IMG/VR virus record: IMGVR_UViG_3300010965_000001
Location: 1-64,000 of that record
DNA: 64,000 nt
Strand: one strand, 5' to 3'
Source of the DNA: a virus
Lineage: Duplodnaviria; Caudoviricetes
This document shows, one piece after another, positions 25,945 to 35,589 of the stretch. The position numbers and the translations under genes were made by a program. The notes under the pieces were generated by a model. That model was not told the DNA's origin, searched no databases, and saw nothing but the letters and a program-made list of their open reading frames with translations. How positions within the stretch are numbered: the first letter of the stretch is position 1; each line of letters starts with the position of its first letter.

Positions 25945-26169
25945 TTAAATCTCTTTCTTTTTTGTTTGTAATGACGCATGTAATTTATTTGCCGTTTCTA
26001 ACATATGTGACCAACTTTTAATCGCTGCACCTGGGAGGTCTGTATTAGGAATGTATCGTTCCCTCGTGTATAAAATCCACACTCCGACATCAAATGCATC
26101 TTCAACACCACTTTTCTCACAAAGGGTTCGAAGATAAATTAATCTATCTTCAATCATATCATAATCCAT
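25945..26169 (-). CDS. small helical paralog family member
   Basis: RLIYLR..WSHMLETANKLH. Confidence 0.8.
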   Translation of the reverse strand: MDYDMIEDRLIYLRTLCEKSGVEDAFDVGVWILYTRERYIPNTDLPGAAIKSWSHMLETANKLHASLQTKKKEI

Positions 26170-26182
26170 TGGAAGTCCTCCG

Positions 26183-26383
26183 TTATTTTACCTGTTTCCA
26201 AATATCGTTGGCTACTCTCATTCTACGAACATCTAACACAACTTCCTTCGACCACATCAACCAACTATGAATGGTGTCCTTACGAAATTCGTTGTCGGTT
26301 CCCCAAGATTCACACACATACACCGCATCAGAGTCCATCTTTGAATAGAGTAATTCTATCTTTTTTTTCTGAATACCTTGCAT
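26183..26383 (-). CDS. small helical paralog family member (first gene of the array)
   Basis: KIELLY..IHSW..RMRVANDIWK; promoter TTGATT-17-TATATT at 26407-26435. Confidence 0.8.
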   Translation of the reverse strand: MQGIQKKKIELLYSKMDSDAVYVCESWGTDNEFRKDTIHSWLMWSKEVVLDVRRMRVANDIWKQVK

Positions 26384-26462
26384 AAATTCTCCTTTTTGTA
26401 TGTAATAATATACGAAGAATTTGGGTCAAAATCAAGTGTTATTTTGTGCGGATTTACTGAGG

Positions 26463-26978
26463 TTATTTGAGTTTATTGAGTGCTGCAATTGAGGAATTGG
26501 CATTTTTATGGAGTATTCCAATGCCACCTTTGGCAATCCATTGGTCGATATTCTTACTTCTATCATCGATGAGAATGGCGTTAGGATTTGCCATAAGTTG
26601 CTTATTCTTGGAAGTGGTGACGATTACCTCCACGTTCTGTCCTAAGTTCTTCTTACACCAATTCTGCTTGCCCTTTGAAGATACCCCTGGTTTGTTGTGA
26701 GGAATTGCCGTTAAGATGATTGGTTTAGTATTCTTTATACCTGCCCATAACTGTCTACCGTCTTGTGTCCACGGCATGTTCTCCCAGTATTGGATGCCGT
26801 GTTTTGCTATAGTATCCCAAAATCTTGGTGCGCCGTACTTATCTTCAAATGTTTCAGGTTTGATTCCATTTGCAATATTTCTGAACTGTTGGTCGAAGTC
26901 GCATAGGACACCATCTAAGTCACAATAGATTACGTACTTACTTTTATAGTCTTCTATAAGGGATGTGAGTTTAATCAT
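26463..26978 (-). CDS. HAD-superfamily 5'(3')-deoxyribonucleotidase (NT5C-like)
   Basis: IYCDLDGVLCDF, ILTA, ILIDDR. Confidence 0.8.
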   Translation of the reverse strand: MIKLTSLIEDYKSKYVIYCDLDGVLCDFDQQFRNIANGIKPETFEDKYGAPRFWDTIAKHGIQYWENMPWTQDGRQLWAGIKNTKPIILTAIPHNKPGVSSKGKQNWCKKNLGQNVEVIVTTSKNKQLMANPNAILIDDRSKNIDQWIAKGGIGILHKNANSSIAALNKLK

Positions 26979-28030
26979 TGAATTTCCTCTATGGTTCCGT
27001 ACAATACAATTGGTTGGATTGGTTGCCACTCTTGAATCTCATTACTATCTTTGGGTTTACCGTCAGGTGATACTGCCAACGTAATATGTGCTATTTTATT
27101 TGCAGAGTCATATCCACTGACTTTAACTGCAACACACTTATCACTAATACCAATTTCATTTGCCGTCAACTCTACATTCTTACCTTTATCGTTTGGATTA
27201 CGAAGTCCTTTACCAAACTCTATTGTCATGTGATGTGCATACGTCTTCCATCCTTGTGGGAGGAATTGCTTTAACGTGTCAAGTAATGCGGTCTGTGATT
27301 TTTCATTGAGTATGACCGCGGAGTATAGTACTCTCTTAGGAAGTATGTTTTCATCTACGTTGGGGTATCTCATTTTTGAATATTGTGCCGCTGGCATGTT
27401 ACCCTTCATTCTCATTGAACCCACTCCCTTTGGAACTGCGTACTTCGCTTTTATCTTAACCTTCTCAGAAGGAGTTCGAGCCGCAGCCATTTCTTTCGCC
27501 TTCATTTCTTCCTTGTCTTTCGGAGGTGCAACGTGTTGTTTACCAGTATCAACGTTCACTGCCTTAATTGGTACAATGTATTTGTTAATGGGAATCAACT
27601 TACCAGCCGTCCCACCTGGCAGCATGATCGAATTTCCAGATGAATCATAATTTTCTTCATCATTAAACCCATCCGTCTCAGTAGGTAAGTCAAGTTTCCA
27701 CAATGAATGGTTGATTCGAATTCCAAGTGCCTTAGATACATCTTTCAAGAGTTGTTTTAATTCTGATGGAGTTGGATACTTTCCCCAAAAACTTATAACA
27801 CGTTTTCGTGTCCATAAGCGTCCAGGGAATTTAACATTGGCTCTACTTCCAAACATATCAGAGTGTGTGACACCATCACCGTCATCACCGTGTGATTTGT
27901 TTATCACAAATTTCTTACTACGTTTTTTATAACCAAAGGTAAATGCATCACTATCAAACCAACTGGCATTAAATCTACCGTAGTGGAAGCCGTCTGGAGT
28001 TTCATTTAATAGTTTACGTAATTTTATCAT
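26975..28030 (-). CDS. hypothetical protein with C-terminal 2H phosphoesterase domain
   Basis: HMTI and HITL motifs; N-terminal part paralogous to 28027..28617. Confidence 0.65.
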   Translation of the reverse strand: MIKLRKLLNETPDGFHYGRFNASWFDSDAFTFGYKKRSKKFVINKSHGDDGDGVTHSDMFGSRANVKFPGRLWTRKRVISFWGKYPTPSELKQLLKDVSKALGIRINHSLWKLDLPTETDGFNDEENYDSSGNSIMLPGGTAGKLIPINKYIVPIKAVNVDTGKQHVAPPKDKEEMKAKEMAAARTPSEKVKIKAKYAVPKGVGSMRMKGNMPAAQYSKMRYPNVDENILPKRVLYSAVILNEKSQTALLDTLKQFLPQGWKTYAHHMTIEFGKGLRNPNDKGKNVELTANEIGISDKCVAVKVSGYDSANKIAHITLAVSPDGKPKDSNEIQEWQPIQPIVLYGTIEEIQ

Positions 28031-28617
28031 TTCTTTTTCTCGTCTATGTTTGGGTATCGTTTCCTTCTGTAGTCTGCTTGTGGCATGTTCCCTTTTAATT
28101 TCATAGAGCCATATCCTTTTGGAACTTCTCTCTGTGCTTTCTTTAAAGGACTCTTAACATGCTCAATGTCACCACCACTGTGTTGTCGTGAAGGTGTTAG
28201 TTCTTTATTATACTGTGCGATGGTTATCAATCTTCCAGTATTTAATCCATTTCTGAATTTACCCCTACGTGGAACATCGAGTAACCATTCATCGTTGACA
28301 CCCAACCCCGCCTCGAAGTTAATATGTCCAATGATTCGTTTCAATTCCATTGGTGTTGGATAGGTTCCCCAAAAACTCATAACTTGCCCATCGGTCCAAA
28401 GTCTTCCAGGAAATGTTGCACCCCATCTCCCACCTGTAAACATTTGGTCGTGTGAAATTGGGTCACCCTGTTCATCCATATTCATAATTATAAAATCACC
28501 ATCTTCTTCATATCCAAATGCCCACGCGTCTGCATCCATCCAACCATGTCTATCATTGGTAACCGCATTATCAACTCTGTCAGGTGATTCTTTTAATAAA
28601 TATTTAAGTCTAATCAT
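28027..28617 (-). CDS. hypothetical protein, paralog of the 26975..28030 N-terminus
   Basis: Shared FPGRLWT, SFWGxYPTPxELK, VPKGxGSMxxKGNMPxA, RYPN. Confidence 0.8.
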   Translation of the reverse strand: MIRLKYLLKESPDRVDNAVTNDRHGWMDADAWAFGYEEDGDFIIMNMDEQGDPISHDQMFTGGRWGATFPGRLWTDGQVMSFWGTYPTPMELKRIIGHINFEAGLGVNDEWLLDVPRRGKFRNGLNTGRLITIAQYNKELTPSRQHSGGDIEHVKSPLKKAQREVPKGYGSMKLKGNMPQADYRRKRYPNIDEKKK

Positions 28618-28618
28618 T

Positions 28619-29551
28619 TCAGTCCTTCATTTTCAAAAATTGAGAAATGTATTTTTTGTTTCTATTATCGCCCGTCAACCACACATATTTATCTTTTGGG
28701 GAAGTTGCAACTAATTCACCCATGTCTCGTTCTTCTGGTTTTACTCTCGCCGGGCGTATCATTCTATCACTGTTAAAGAATTTAAATAGTTGACTCGCCT
28801 TCCCTCTTCCTAAATAGATTGCATTACTTGCCTTGTAGATAGTTCCAGCGTGCTCAGCGGAATCACTGTAAGATACTATCAATTTTGCATTTGGATATTT
28901 TGATTCAATCAACTTGTTAGCACGGACGATACTCATTGTCGCTAAGTTCTTTCTAATTTCTTCAGGTAACGGTTTGATATACATACGTTGTAGTTCCTTC
29001 ACCTGTTGCATTACAAATGGGAAATCCCCTTCCTGTTTACCAACCTTCATCGCTTCCTGTGCAGTCATAGGTCTTACTACTGATGGAACGATTAGTGGTG
29101 ATGTAGGTGAACCATAGATAATAACCCCAACAAGTTCTTCTAACGGAAGTTCCATCTGAGGTGATGGTTTCTGTGGAACGGGATTGGTATAAAAGATACC
29201 AATGTAATCCTGTGGTACCGCTGGAAACTTACCAAGATAATGTTTCTCTACGAACTTCTTACTCATGTCTCTTGTGATAGGTTTAACTGCCAACTTATTC
29301 ACGTCAGCATCTTCTGTAATACTTTCATTGAGTGCCTTGTCATACGCCTTCATAACGGAGCCATCCAAGTGTTGTTGGTTATTCTTCAACCAATCCATAA
29401 CACGTTTATAACTCTGCTGGTCCATTTGACTTGCCTTGTCAGGATTGTTCATTAACTCATACGCAGTCTGTGCATCGTGTTTATGATACTTGTTAAAGAA
29501 CTCTACGACATCGGCAGTTCCAAAGTTTTCGTTAAGAAGGTGTTTTAACAT
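28619..29551 (-). CDS. Mom-like GNAT-fold putative DNA-modification enzyme
   Basis: ELQRMY..IVSYSDSAEHAGTIYKASNAIYLG. Confidence 0.55.
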   Translation of the reverse strand: MLKHLLNENFGTADVVEFFNKYHKHDAQTAYELMNNPDKASQMDQQSYKRVMDWLKNNQQHLDGSVMKAYDKALNESITEDADVNKLAVKPITRDMSKKFVEKHYLGKFPAVPQDYIGIFYTNPVPQKPSPQMELPLEELVGVIIYGSPTSPLIVPSVVRPMTAQEAMKVGKQEGDFPFVMQQVKELQRMYIKPLPEEIRKNLATMSIVRANKLIESKYPNAKLIVSYSDSAEHAGTIYKASNAIYLGRGKASQLFKFFNSDRMIRPARVKPEERDMGELVATSPKDKYVWLTGDNRNKKYISQFLKMKD

Positions 29552-29687
29552 TATACCCATTTGTTCACCCACTTCTTAAGCATCTCATGGAATTCATACG
29601 CTTCCTCATAAGTAAGATTGTTATTTCTAATGTATTGACGGATGTACTCTAACACATCACCGTACAATTCTTTTGCTTTGTCTTCCA

Positions 29688-30293
29688 TTATTTTTTCTCC
29701 ATCTTGCGTAACTTTGAATAATAATTTGGGTCTTCTGCCAAGTGGTCCATTGCAATTCGTATCGCAAGTTTGGGAAGTTTTGCATGTTCCAATTCTACCT
29801 TGGCACCTTGAAGTACCTTGTCTCTTGGGAAGTCTGCTACACCAAATCCTTTTGACTTACCATTCCAATCATTCCAATCAAAGTCCATTGAGTTTGTTGG
29901 GTCGTAGTCTGCTTCATCCTTTACTTCCTGTAGGTTGTCCTTCTCTAAGTTGTTACCCTCTTCTTCATAATTTGCAATATTAACATCTCTTAACAACTGC
30001 TCTACACCTGAAATTACACCACGAAGTTTCTCACGGATGATAAGCACGTCACTCGCAATCCTATCAATCTCCACTTTCATACTTGGAGACTCCCAATTCA
30101 TTGCATCTGAACTTGTTTTAAGTGTACGTAGGTCACCTTCAAATGATGAAAGTTGTTCCTCATCTGGAAGGTTTGAGAGAAGTGTTTGGAGTTGTGTCTT
30201 GATAGGTGCTTCCACCTGTGCCCCTAACGTGCTGGGGTCAGTGTAACTTGATGCATTAAGGAATTCTCTAAATAATGATTTCTTTTTTACCAT
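29688..30293 (-). CDS. hypothetical protein with DUF5661-like C-terminus
   Basis: GAKVELEH..IAMDHLAEDPNYYSKL. Confidence 0.6.
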   Translation of the reverse strand: MVKKKSLFREFLNASSYTDPSTLGAQVEAPIKTQLQTLLSNLPDEEQLSSFEGDLRTLKTSSDAMNWESPSMKVEIDRIASDVLIIREKLRGVISGVEQLLRDVNIANYEEEGNNLEKDNLQEVKDEADYDPTNSMDFDWNDWNGKSKGFGVADFPRDKVLQGAKVELEHAKLPKLAIRIAMDHLAEDPNYYSKLRKMEKK

Positions 30294-30306
30294 ATTGTTC
30301 TTTCGA

Positions 30307-30801
30307 TTAAAGCAATTTTGTAATAAAATTGAATACATTCATAATTATTTCCGCAGGATGGTAAGGTAACATACCAAGTGTATACAATGAACTTAGTAGT
30401 ATCCACGCACCTGCAGTACCGCCAAATAGTTTACCAAATCTTGTAGAGAGAATTTTACCAAATGTTGTGTTGTGCAACCAACCATCTAATGCGGTTTTAA
30501 AACTATTTTTACTTCGGAGACTAACTGTTGCCAAATAAATATCTTGTAGAGACTCCTGTAATCCAATTCTACCGTTAACTCTGATATTCTGAATGGAATC
30601 TAACTTAGCGTGAATGTCATTTAATGACATTTGTAGTTGTTCGTGTTGATGTTCGTTCATTAGAATATCCTCCTGTAACACCGCGACATCATGTATTAAC
30701 GTACACGCATCGCATAACGTTGCCGCACCTGGAATGTCCACTTCAACTTGTTTGGGGGATTTTTTCACCTTTGTTATCTTCTTTGGTTTTCTGACCGCCA
30801 T
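30307..30801 (-). CDS. coiled-coil protein with C-terminal membrane segment
   Basis: Hydrophobic C-terminus. Confidence 0.65.
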   Translation of the reverse strand: MAVRKPKKITKVKKSPKQVEVDIPGAATLCDACTLIHDVAVLQEDILMNEHQHEQLQMSLNDIHAKLDSIQNIRVNGRIGLQESLQDIYLATVSLRSKNSFKTALDGWLHNTTFGKILSTRFGKLFGGTAGAWILLSSLYTLGMLPYHPAEIIMNVFNFITKLL

Positions 30802-30916
30802 CGCATATCTCCTATCTAAGTTTTATGATGAATAATTATACATATAAGTATAAAACTTGAGGAGATAAATAACATTTTGCTCAGTAAAATCAAAGAATTA
30901 ACTACAATAGTAACAC

Positions 30917-31327
30917 TTAATCATTTGATTCAGTATTGTCCGTACCCTTCGGTGTTTTATCATCCTTTACTTTGTTAATAACATGGAGTGTAGCCGCCAG
31001 ACGCTTCATTAATTTCTTATTTAACTCAGGGTGTGCTTTGAGTAATGACGTGTACAACTTAGTTGACGAACCTGCCTGTGATATTAAATATCCAAGTGAC
31101 CGTGTTATCTGTATTGTCTTATCATCCATCTTCTCACTTGGTGGTAATTTTGCAGTTTCTTTTATCATTACATTCTCCATTGTATGGTTATGCCGTGCCC
31201 GTTCTTCTGCCACCACGATTCGTTCGATTTCACGTGCGAAAGATGTAGTGTCAATTGTCCAATGCTGATATTCGTCATATCCTTCATGCCGTTTTACAAT
31301 AGATTCTATTTGCTCATCTGTTAGCAT
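30917..31327 (-). CDS. hypothetical protein
   Basis: AGGAG RBS and upstream ATATTTAT motif. Confidence 0.65.
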   Translation of the reverse strand: MLTDEQIESIVKRHEGYDEYQHWTIDTTSFAREIERIVVAEERARHNHTMENVMIKETAKLPPSEKMDDKTIQITRSLGYLISQAGSSTKLYTSLLKAHPELNKKLMKRLAATLHVINKVKDDKTPKGTDNTESND

Positions 31328-31373
31328 TGTGTACTCCTGTATGGTTATTTGATATAAATATCATCATATAAAC

Positions 31374-31397
31374 AAAAAAAGCGGACAATTTGTCCGC
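31374..31397 (-). terminator. intrinsic terminator
   Basis: GCGGACA/TGTCCGC stem plus T7. Confidence 0.75.
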
Positions 31398-31424
31398 TTA
31401 ATTTGTTTTAGTACGTATTTTTAC

Positions 31425-31706
31425 TTACCCCATGAAGTCTTCGGAGGTGATGTATTTCGTCGTGGCGTGCTTCGACACACGCTTGGTGTTATACAACTCA
31501 GACCACGTTTTATCCTGACGCATCCGTTTTGCCTCTGTGACGAGCCGTGTGCGTGGTGTTTCGTCCAACTGCTTCAAGGACAGTTCCTTCTTCGGTGCCT
31601 TTGCTCCCGCCTTCTGACGAAGCTGGATGATTTCGAACAACTGACGCTTGTTGAAATTGTTAGGACCGATTCCACTGTACGAACTACCGAATGTATTTGT
31701 CTGCAT
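31425..31706 (-). CDS. basic hypothetical protein
   Basis: ORF after promoter TTGACT-17-TATATT at 31772-31800. Confidence 0.7.
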   Translation of the reverse strand: MQTNTFGSSYSGIGPNNFNKRQLFEIIQLRQKAGAKAPKKELSLKQLDETPRTRLVTEAKRMRQDKTWSELYNTKRVSKHATTKYITSEDFMG

Positions 31707-31803
31707 AACCTTTTTTACTCCTTGTTTGTTTGTATTTTATCGGAGACAGTGTGTTCCGATTTGATGTATATAATATACGAAGAATTTTGATTAAAGTCAA
31801 GCC

Positions 31804-32034
31804 TTAACTTGCATTATTTTCTATTCCACTCAACCAAGTAGCCCTTCGCATCCACATTGTCTTGTATAACGATGCGGTCGCGTTCTTCACAATCTGTAGA
31901 ACGTACTTCTCTAACTGTTTATTACCTTTGAGTTGCTCTCTGACAATCTTCTCGACATGTTTCTCCAACTCGTCCTTGACTGCCGCACGTGTCAATCGTT
32001 CGATGTCACGTTCATCTGATTTAGTTAATGCCAT
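31804..32034 (-). CDS. hypothetical protein
   Basis: Packed ORF. Confidence 0.7.
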   Translation of the reverse strand: MALTKSDERDIERLTRAAVKDELEKHVEKIVREQLKGNKQLEKYVLQIVKNATASLYKTMWMRRATWLSGIENNAS

Positions 32035-32293
32035 TCTGTTCCTTTTTTGAATTCCATTTTACTGATATAATACCGTTGTTTATTAATTTGGTAAGTTCAT
32101 CGGCAGTAACTATCTTACTAATCGTTCCTTGATAGGGCATATTGAGATTAGTAATCCAATATTTTTTATCATCTGTTATACCTATGCTGGCTTCTCTATC
32201 TATAGAATCTGGTCGTTTTTTCAAAAACGTAACGACTCCAGCACGAGAGATTGATTCAGTTAACTTCCGTGATACCAAATTTGATAATTTCAT
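32021..32293 (-). CDS. hypothetical protein with MKLxxL leader
   Basis: MKLSNLVSRKLTES. Confidence 0.6.
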   Translation of the reverse strand: MKLSNLVSRKLTESISRAGVVTFLKKRPDSIDREASIGITDDKKYWITNLNMPYQGTISKIVTADELTKLINNGIISVKWNSKKEQNGIN

Positions 32294-32309
32294 AATTTCA
32301 TATTTTTCC

Positions 32310-32546
32310 TTATAAATGATAATCCTTGAGGTCTTCTGCTTTGATTTCTTCACCGCCGTCTGCAAACAACATTCCCAAATCATCTGTGAACATTTCATGT
32401 GGTATTGACTTTACTAAAACTTTCTTGTGATACTTCTCATACAATTCACTTGCGAATACACTACCCACAACTGCCACTGCGATTATCACTACCACCCCTA
32501 ACGCCATATTCGTGATGGTAAGCCATTGTCCGTCTGTTATAAACAT
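32310..32546 (-). CDS. small membrane protein
   Basis: One TM segment. Confidence 0.65.
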   Translation of the reverse strand: MFITDGQWLTITNMALGVVVIIAVAVVGSVFASELYEKYHKKVLVKSIPHEMFTDDLGMLFADGGEEIKAEDLKDYHL

Positions 32547-32548
32547 AG

Positions 32549-32815
32549 TTATCTCCTTTGTTCATCCATGTATTTTACTATTTCGGAATAGACATGTTGT
32601 AATTCCATTCCCGACAAGTGCATTCCATGTGACGATGCAAATTTCATTGCTTCTCTCTTAACATAATTTGCAATATCGTGAGGGTCTGCATTTATATGCT
32701 CCACGATTCCAACGGGGTCACGCATCTCGTAGAAGTAATCTAATATAGGTTCAGTGTTGTATTCCAACTCCGACTCCTCATTAAGTTTTTTAGGTAAAAG
32801 AGTTGTTAGTTTCAT
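32549..32815 (-). CDS. hypothetical protein with MKLxxLL leader
   Basis: MKLTTLLPKKLNEE. Confidence 0.7.
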   Translation of the reverse strand: MKLTTLLPKKLNEESELEYNTEPILDYFYEMRDPVGIVEHINADPHDIANYVKREAMKFASSHGMHLSGMELQHVYSEIVKYMDEQRR

Positions 32816-33441
32816 TTTGAGTTCTTTCCCATCTTCTTAATACCCTTTGCAGTTTTTGCAACGGCTGACATCAACTTAACACCTTTCGGCTTCCCCTTTG
32901 CCGCTTCGGTGTTTCCCATTGTCGCCTTTACATTTGACTTTGCAACTTCTTTATCCGTCTTACCTTCCAACTGTTCTTTCTCTTTTACTTCCTTAGCCTT
33001 CTCAGGGTCACCGCTTTTCTCTTGTGATGGAGTTTCATATTCCATCTGCTCGTCACCTTGATTTGGGTTATCTTGAAACAATTGAACGACTTCAAATGCG
33101 TAAATCTTTGGTCGTTGTCCATAGACTTGTAAATTGTCTTGAACCGTCTTACGTTTTGCACCGACAAGTTTTCCAACTTCCATAAGTTTGTCAACCATTT
33201 CATCACCCTTGTCCATACAATTTGTGTTGTATTCATGGACGAATGCCGTGATTGCCTCAAGGAATTGTTTCTTTTTATCACACACCACTTCTTCGGTGGC
33301 TTTACGTTCTTTAGCCAACGTTGGTGGTGTCTCTTTCTTTATTTCTTTAAACTGCTTCTTATCATAATTTGCTAATTCTTCCTTAATCATTGCTCTTATG
33401 GCAGTTGTTAAAACTTGTCGGTCATTCATGTTAGTCTCCAA
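32812..33441 (-). CDS. charged hypothetical protein
   Basis: 209-aa K/E-rich ORF. Confidence 0.7.
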   Translation of the reverse strand: METNMNDRQVLTTAIRAMIKEELANYDKKQFKEIKKETPPTLAKERKATEEVVCDKKKQFLEAITAFVHEYNTNCMDKGDEMVDKLMEVGKLVGAKRKTVQDNLQVYGQRPKIYAFEVVQLFQDNPNQGDEQMEYETPSQEKSGDPEKAKEVKEKEQLEGKTDKEVAKSNVKATMGNTEAAKGKPKGVKLMSAVAKTAKGIKKMGKNSK

Positions 33442-33499
33442 AGTTAAAGGGTATTTAGTAATAAATATCTAAATGAAATTAAAAAACACCCTTTTTAGA

Positions 33500-33961
33500 T
33501 TACTTCTTTGACTTTTTATGACGTTTTCCACCCGCTTCATCGATGTAATCTGCACCTGTATGCTTAGGTTTTTTGGGAGTCTTTGTAGGCATTTCCACTA
33601 CTACAATATCTTCCGTATTGAATGTTCCACCCTCATTTCGCCAATCGTGTGAGTCCATATACTTCTCATATGCGGCTCGCCTACTATCGTCACTTGACGA
33701 GCTCTTGATTTCCTCTTCTGTGAATAAATCTTCATTTGGATTTGATTTTCCATCCCTGTCATTCACCAATCGACTCAACTCATATTCAAGTCGTGCTATT
33801 TTTTTAACATGAGAGTCCAGTGCCTTATCTACTGCCTCAAACACAGATTCATCTGCCTTGACAAATCTACGGAGACTCATAACAGAATTGACAACATTTG
33901 CTAAGATAAGTGCCGTAGCAAACAAGAGTAAATATGCGGATAATACAAAGAGTTCATTCAT
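33500..33961 (-). CDS. membrane-anchored hypothetical protein
   Basis: N-terminal TM segment. Confidence 0.65.
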   Translation of the reverse strand: MNELFVLSAYLLLFATALILANVVNSVMSLRRFVKADESVFEAVDKALDSHVKKIARLEYELSRLVNDRDGKSNPNEDLFTEEEIKSSSSDDSRRAAYEKYMDSHDWRNEGGTFNTEDIVVVEMPTKTPKKPKHTGADYIDEAGGKRHKKSKK

Positions 33962-34010
33962 GGCAGTTCCTTCCAGTTGGTTATTTGTTTTGTGTGTGAG
34001 TTGTTTATAT

Positions 34011-34271
34011 TCATTTATTGATTCCGTTATGTAATTTAACATATACAGTTAAGAATGTACCAAGTGCTCCACCGATTGCGTAACACATTACATTCCATAT
34101 AAAGTCTGGACTTAACACTAAACTGTAAACTACTATACAATTTATAACCGTATTTACAAATGCCAATACACTACTAGATAACGGTTTCTTTTCAGATACT
34201 TGTAAATAAAACCACGCGATGATAATGTCTTGGAGGAATCCCACGAGCAAGTAAACTAATAATTCTATCAT
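34011..34271 (-). CDS. small multi-pass membrane protein (DUF5698-like)
   Basis: Three hydrophobic helices; YAIGGALGTF. Confidence 0.5.
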   Translation of the reverse strand: MIELLVYLLVGFLQDIIIAWFYLQVSEKKPLSSSVLAFVNTVINCIVVYSLVLSPDFIWNVMCYAIGGALGTFLTVYVKLHNGINK

Positions 34272-34480
34272 CGTCCACACCAAGCATCACAAACTGTTCC
34301 ATCTTCTGACGTAGTTTTTCCGGCACGTGCCACCCATTCAGGCGGACGGATACTGTTCTGTATAAAGAACATACATACTGATTCGATTACTGCTTCATCT
34401 GATTGTTGTCGCATCAAATTGTATTGGTGCATATCTACACCGACTAGGTTAAAATATTTACATGTTAGGCAAGTTTTCAT
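34268..34480 (-). CDS. small Cys-rich protein
   Basis: CLTCKYF..C..CDAW. Confidence 0.55.
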   Translation of the reverse strand: MKTCLTCKYFNLVGVDMHQYNLMRQQSDEAVIESVCMFFIQNSIRPPEWVARAGKTTSEDGTVCDAWCGR

Positions 34481-35589
34481 TCGTAATCCCTTATTGCTAT
34501 GACAAATGGAAAACGGGGAATCCCGTCGGGAGTTAAGTTGAAATACTTGATGGTCGCTTCCTTCCCAATCAAATTCTTTCTGTCGTTCCACAACTCTGCC
34601 AAGTATTCAAAGTCTCCTTTGATGTTAGAGTTAAACTCTTTACCATCCTCATTTTTGAATACCATACTACCTGCGGTTCCAGTCCGTCCGCCGATACCTT
34701 CGATAACTTTAAGAATTGTAAATTCACAATCCATAAAATCCTTCCGCTTCAACAGGAACTTACTACGTTTGTTTTCATAGACACTTTCCATTACTCTAAT
34801 AATGGAACCTTCATATCCTGCTTCACAGAATGCCGCGTGAAGTTTATCAACATCTTTTTCATTGTGCGCTACCATAGTAGGAACACGTTGAAGATAGTTC
34901 TTATCTGCGAACAGAACACTGTTGATAAACAATGAACGTTGGTCAAATGTCATGTTAGGTCGTTCACGGTCGAACATATCATAACAATGATACTGTGCGT
35001 ATTTCTCCGCCTTTGCCAACGATTCTGGTGTAGTCTTCTGTTTCTTTACGATACTGATAATTTCATTGAAGTCTTTTTTGAACTTGTGATTATACAACTC
35101 ACCATCGAGAACGACACCCGGATGCTGTAAGAAGAAGTTACTCAGTGAGTTAAAAATATGTGGTGCAGATACAATAGGTTTGCCGTTTCTACTGAACATT
35201 CCATCTTGTGTAATAATGCAACGCATACCATCCAACTTAGGTTGCACGAACACTGGGTATTCAAGTTTATCCTTAAGGTCTTTCCATTCTTTAGCAAGCA
35301 TTGGTTCGAAGAACTTCGCAGTGTTCTTCTTCGTTGAGGAGGTTCCATACCCACTATCCATCTTCTTCGTTGCCTTTGCTTCTGCTTCGGCAAGTGCTTG
35401 TTCTTCTGGAGTGGTTTCGTTTGCTCTACCGATGTTCTTACCTTCACAAATTGTCCAAGAACCAACGGTAAGTTGGCCGTTTAATTGGCCAGCAATAGTA
35501 CGGAACTTGTTGCCCTCAACTTGGATTTCCCAACTCTGAGTCGCATCTTTTTTAGATTGTTTGTAGAGGGTCGCAACCGTTTTTATCAT
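34477..35589 (-). CDS. ATP-dependent DNA ligase
   Basis: QPKLDGMRC, LDGELY, YHCYDMF, EGSIIR, LLKRKDF, PRFP. Confidence 0.92.
   Translation of the reverse strand: MIKTVATLYKQSKKDATQSWEIQVEGNKFRTIAGQLNGQLTVGSWTICEGKNIGRANETTPEEQALAEAEAKATKKMDSGYGTSSTKKNTAKFFEPMLAKEWKDLKDKLEYPVFVQPKLDGMRCIITQDGMFSRNGKPIVSAPHIFNSLSNFFLQHPGVVLDGELYNHKFKKDFNEIISIVKKQKTTPESLAKAEKYAQYHCYDMFDRERPNMTFDQRSLFINSVLFADKNYLQRVPTMVAHNEKDVDKLHAAFCEAGYEGSIIRVMESVYENKRSKFLLKRKDFMDCEFTILKVIEGIGGRTGTAGSMVFKNEDGKEFNSNIKGDFEYLAELWNDRKNLIGKEATIKYFNLTPDGIPRFPFVIAIRDYE

Noticed and set aside
13032-26383. Diversity-generating retroelement or integron as the source of the paralog arrays
   Set aside because: No reverse transcriptase, no template/variable repeat pair, no integrase and no attC-like sites between the overlapping genes.
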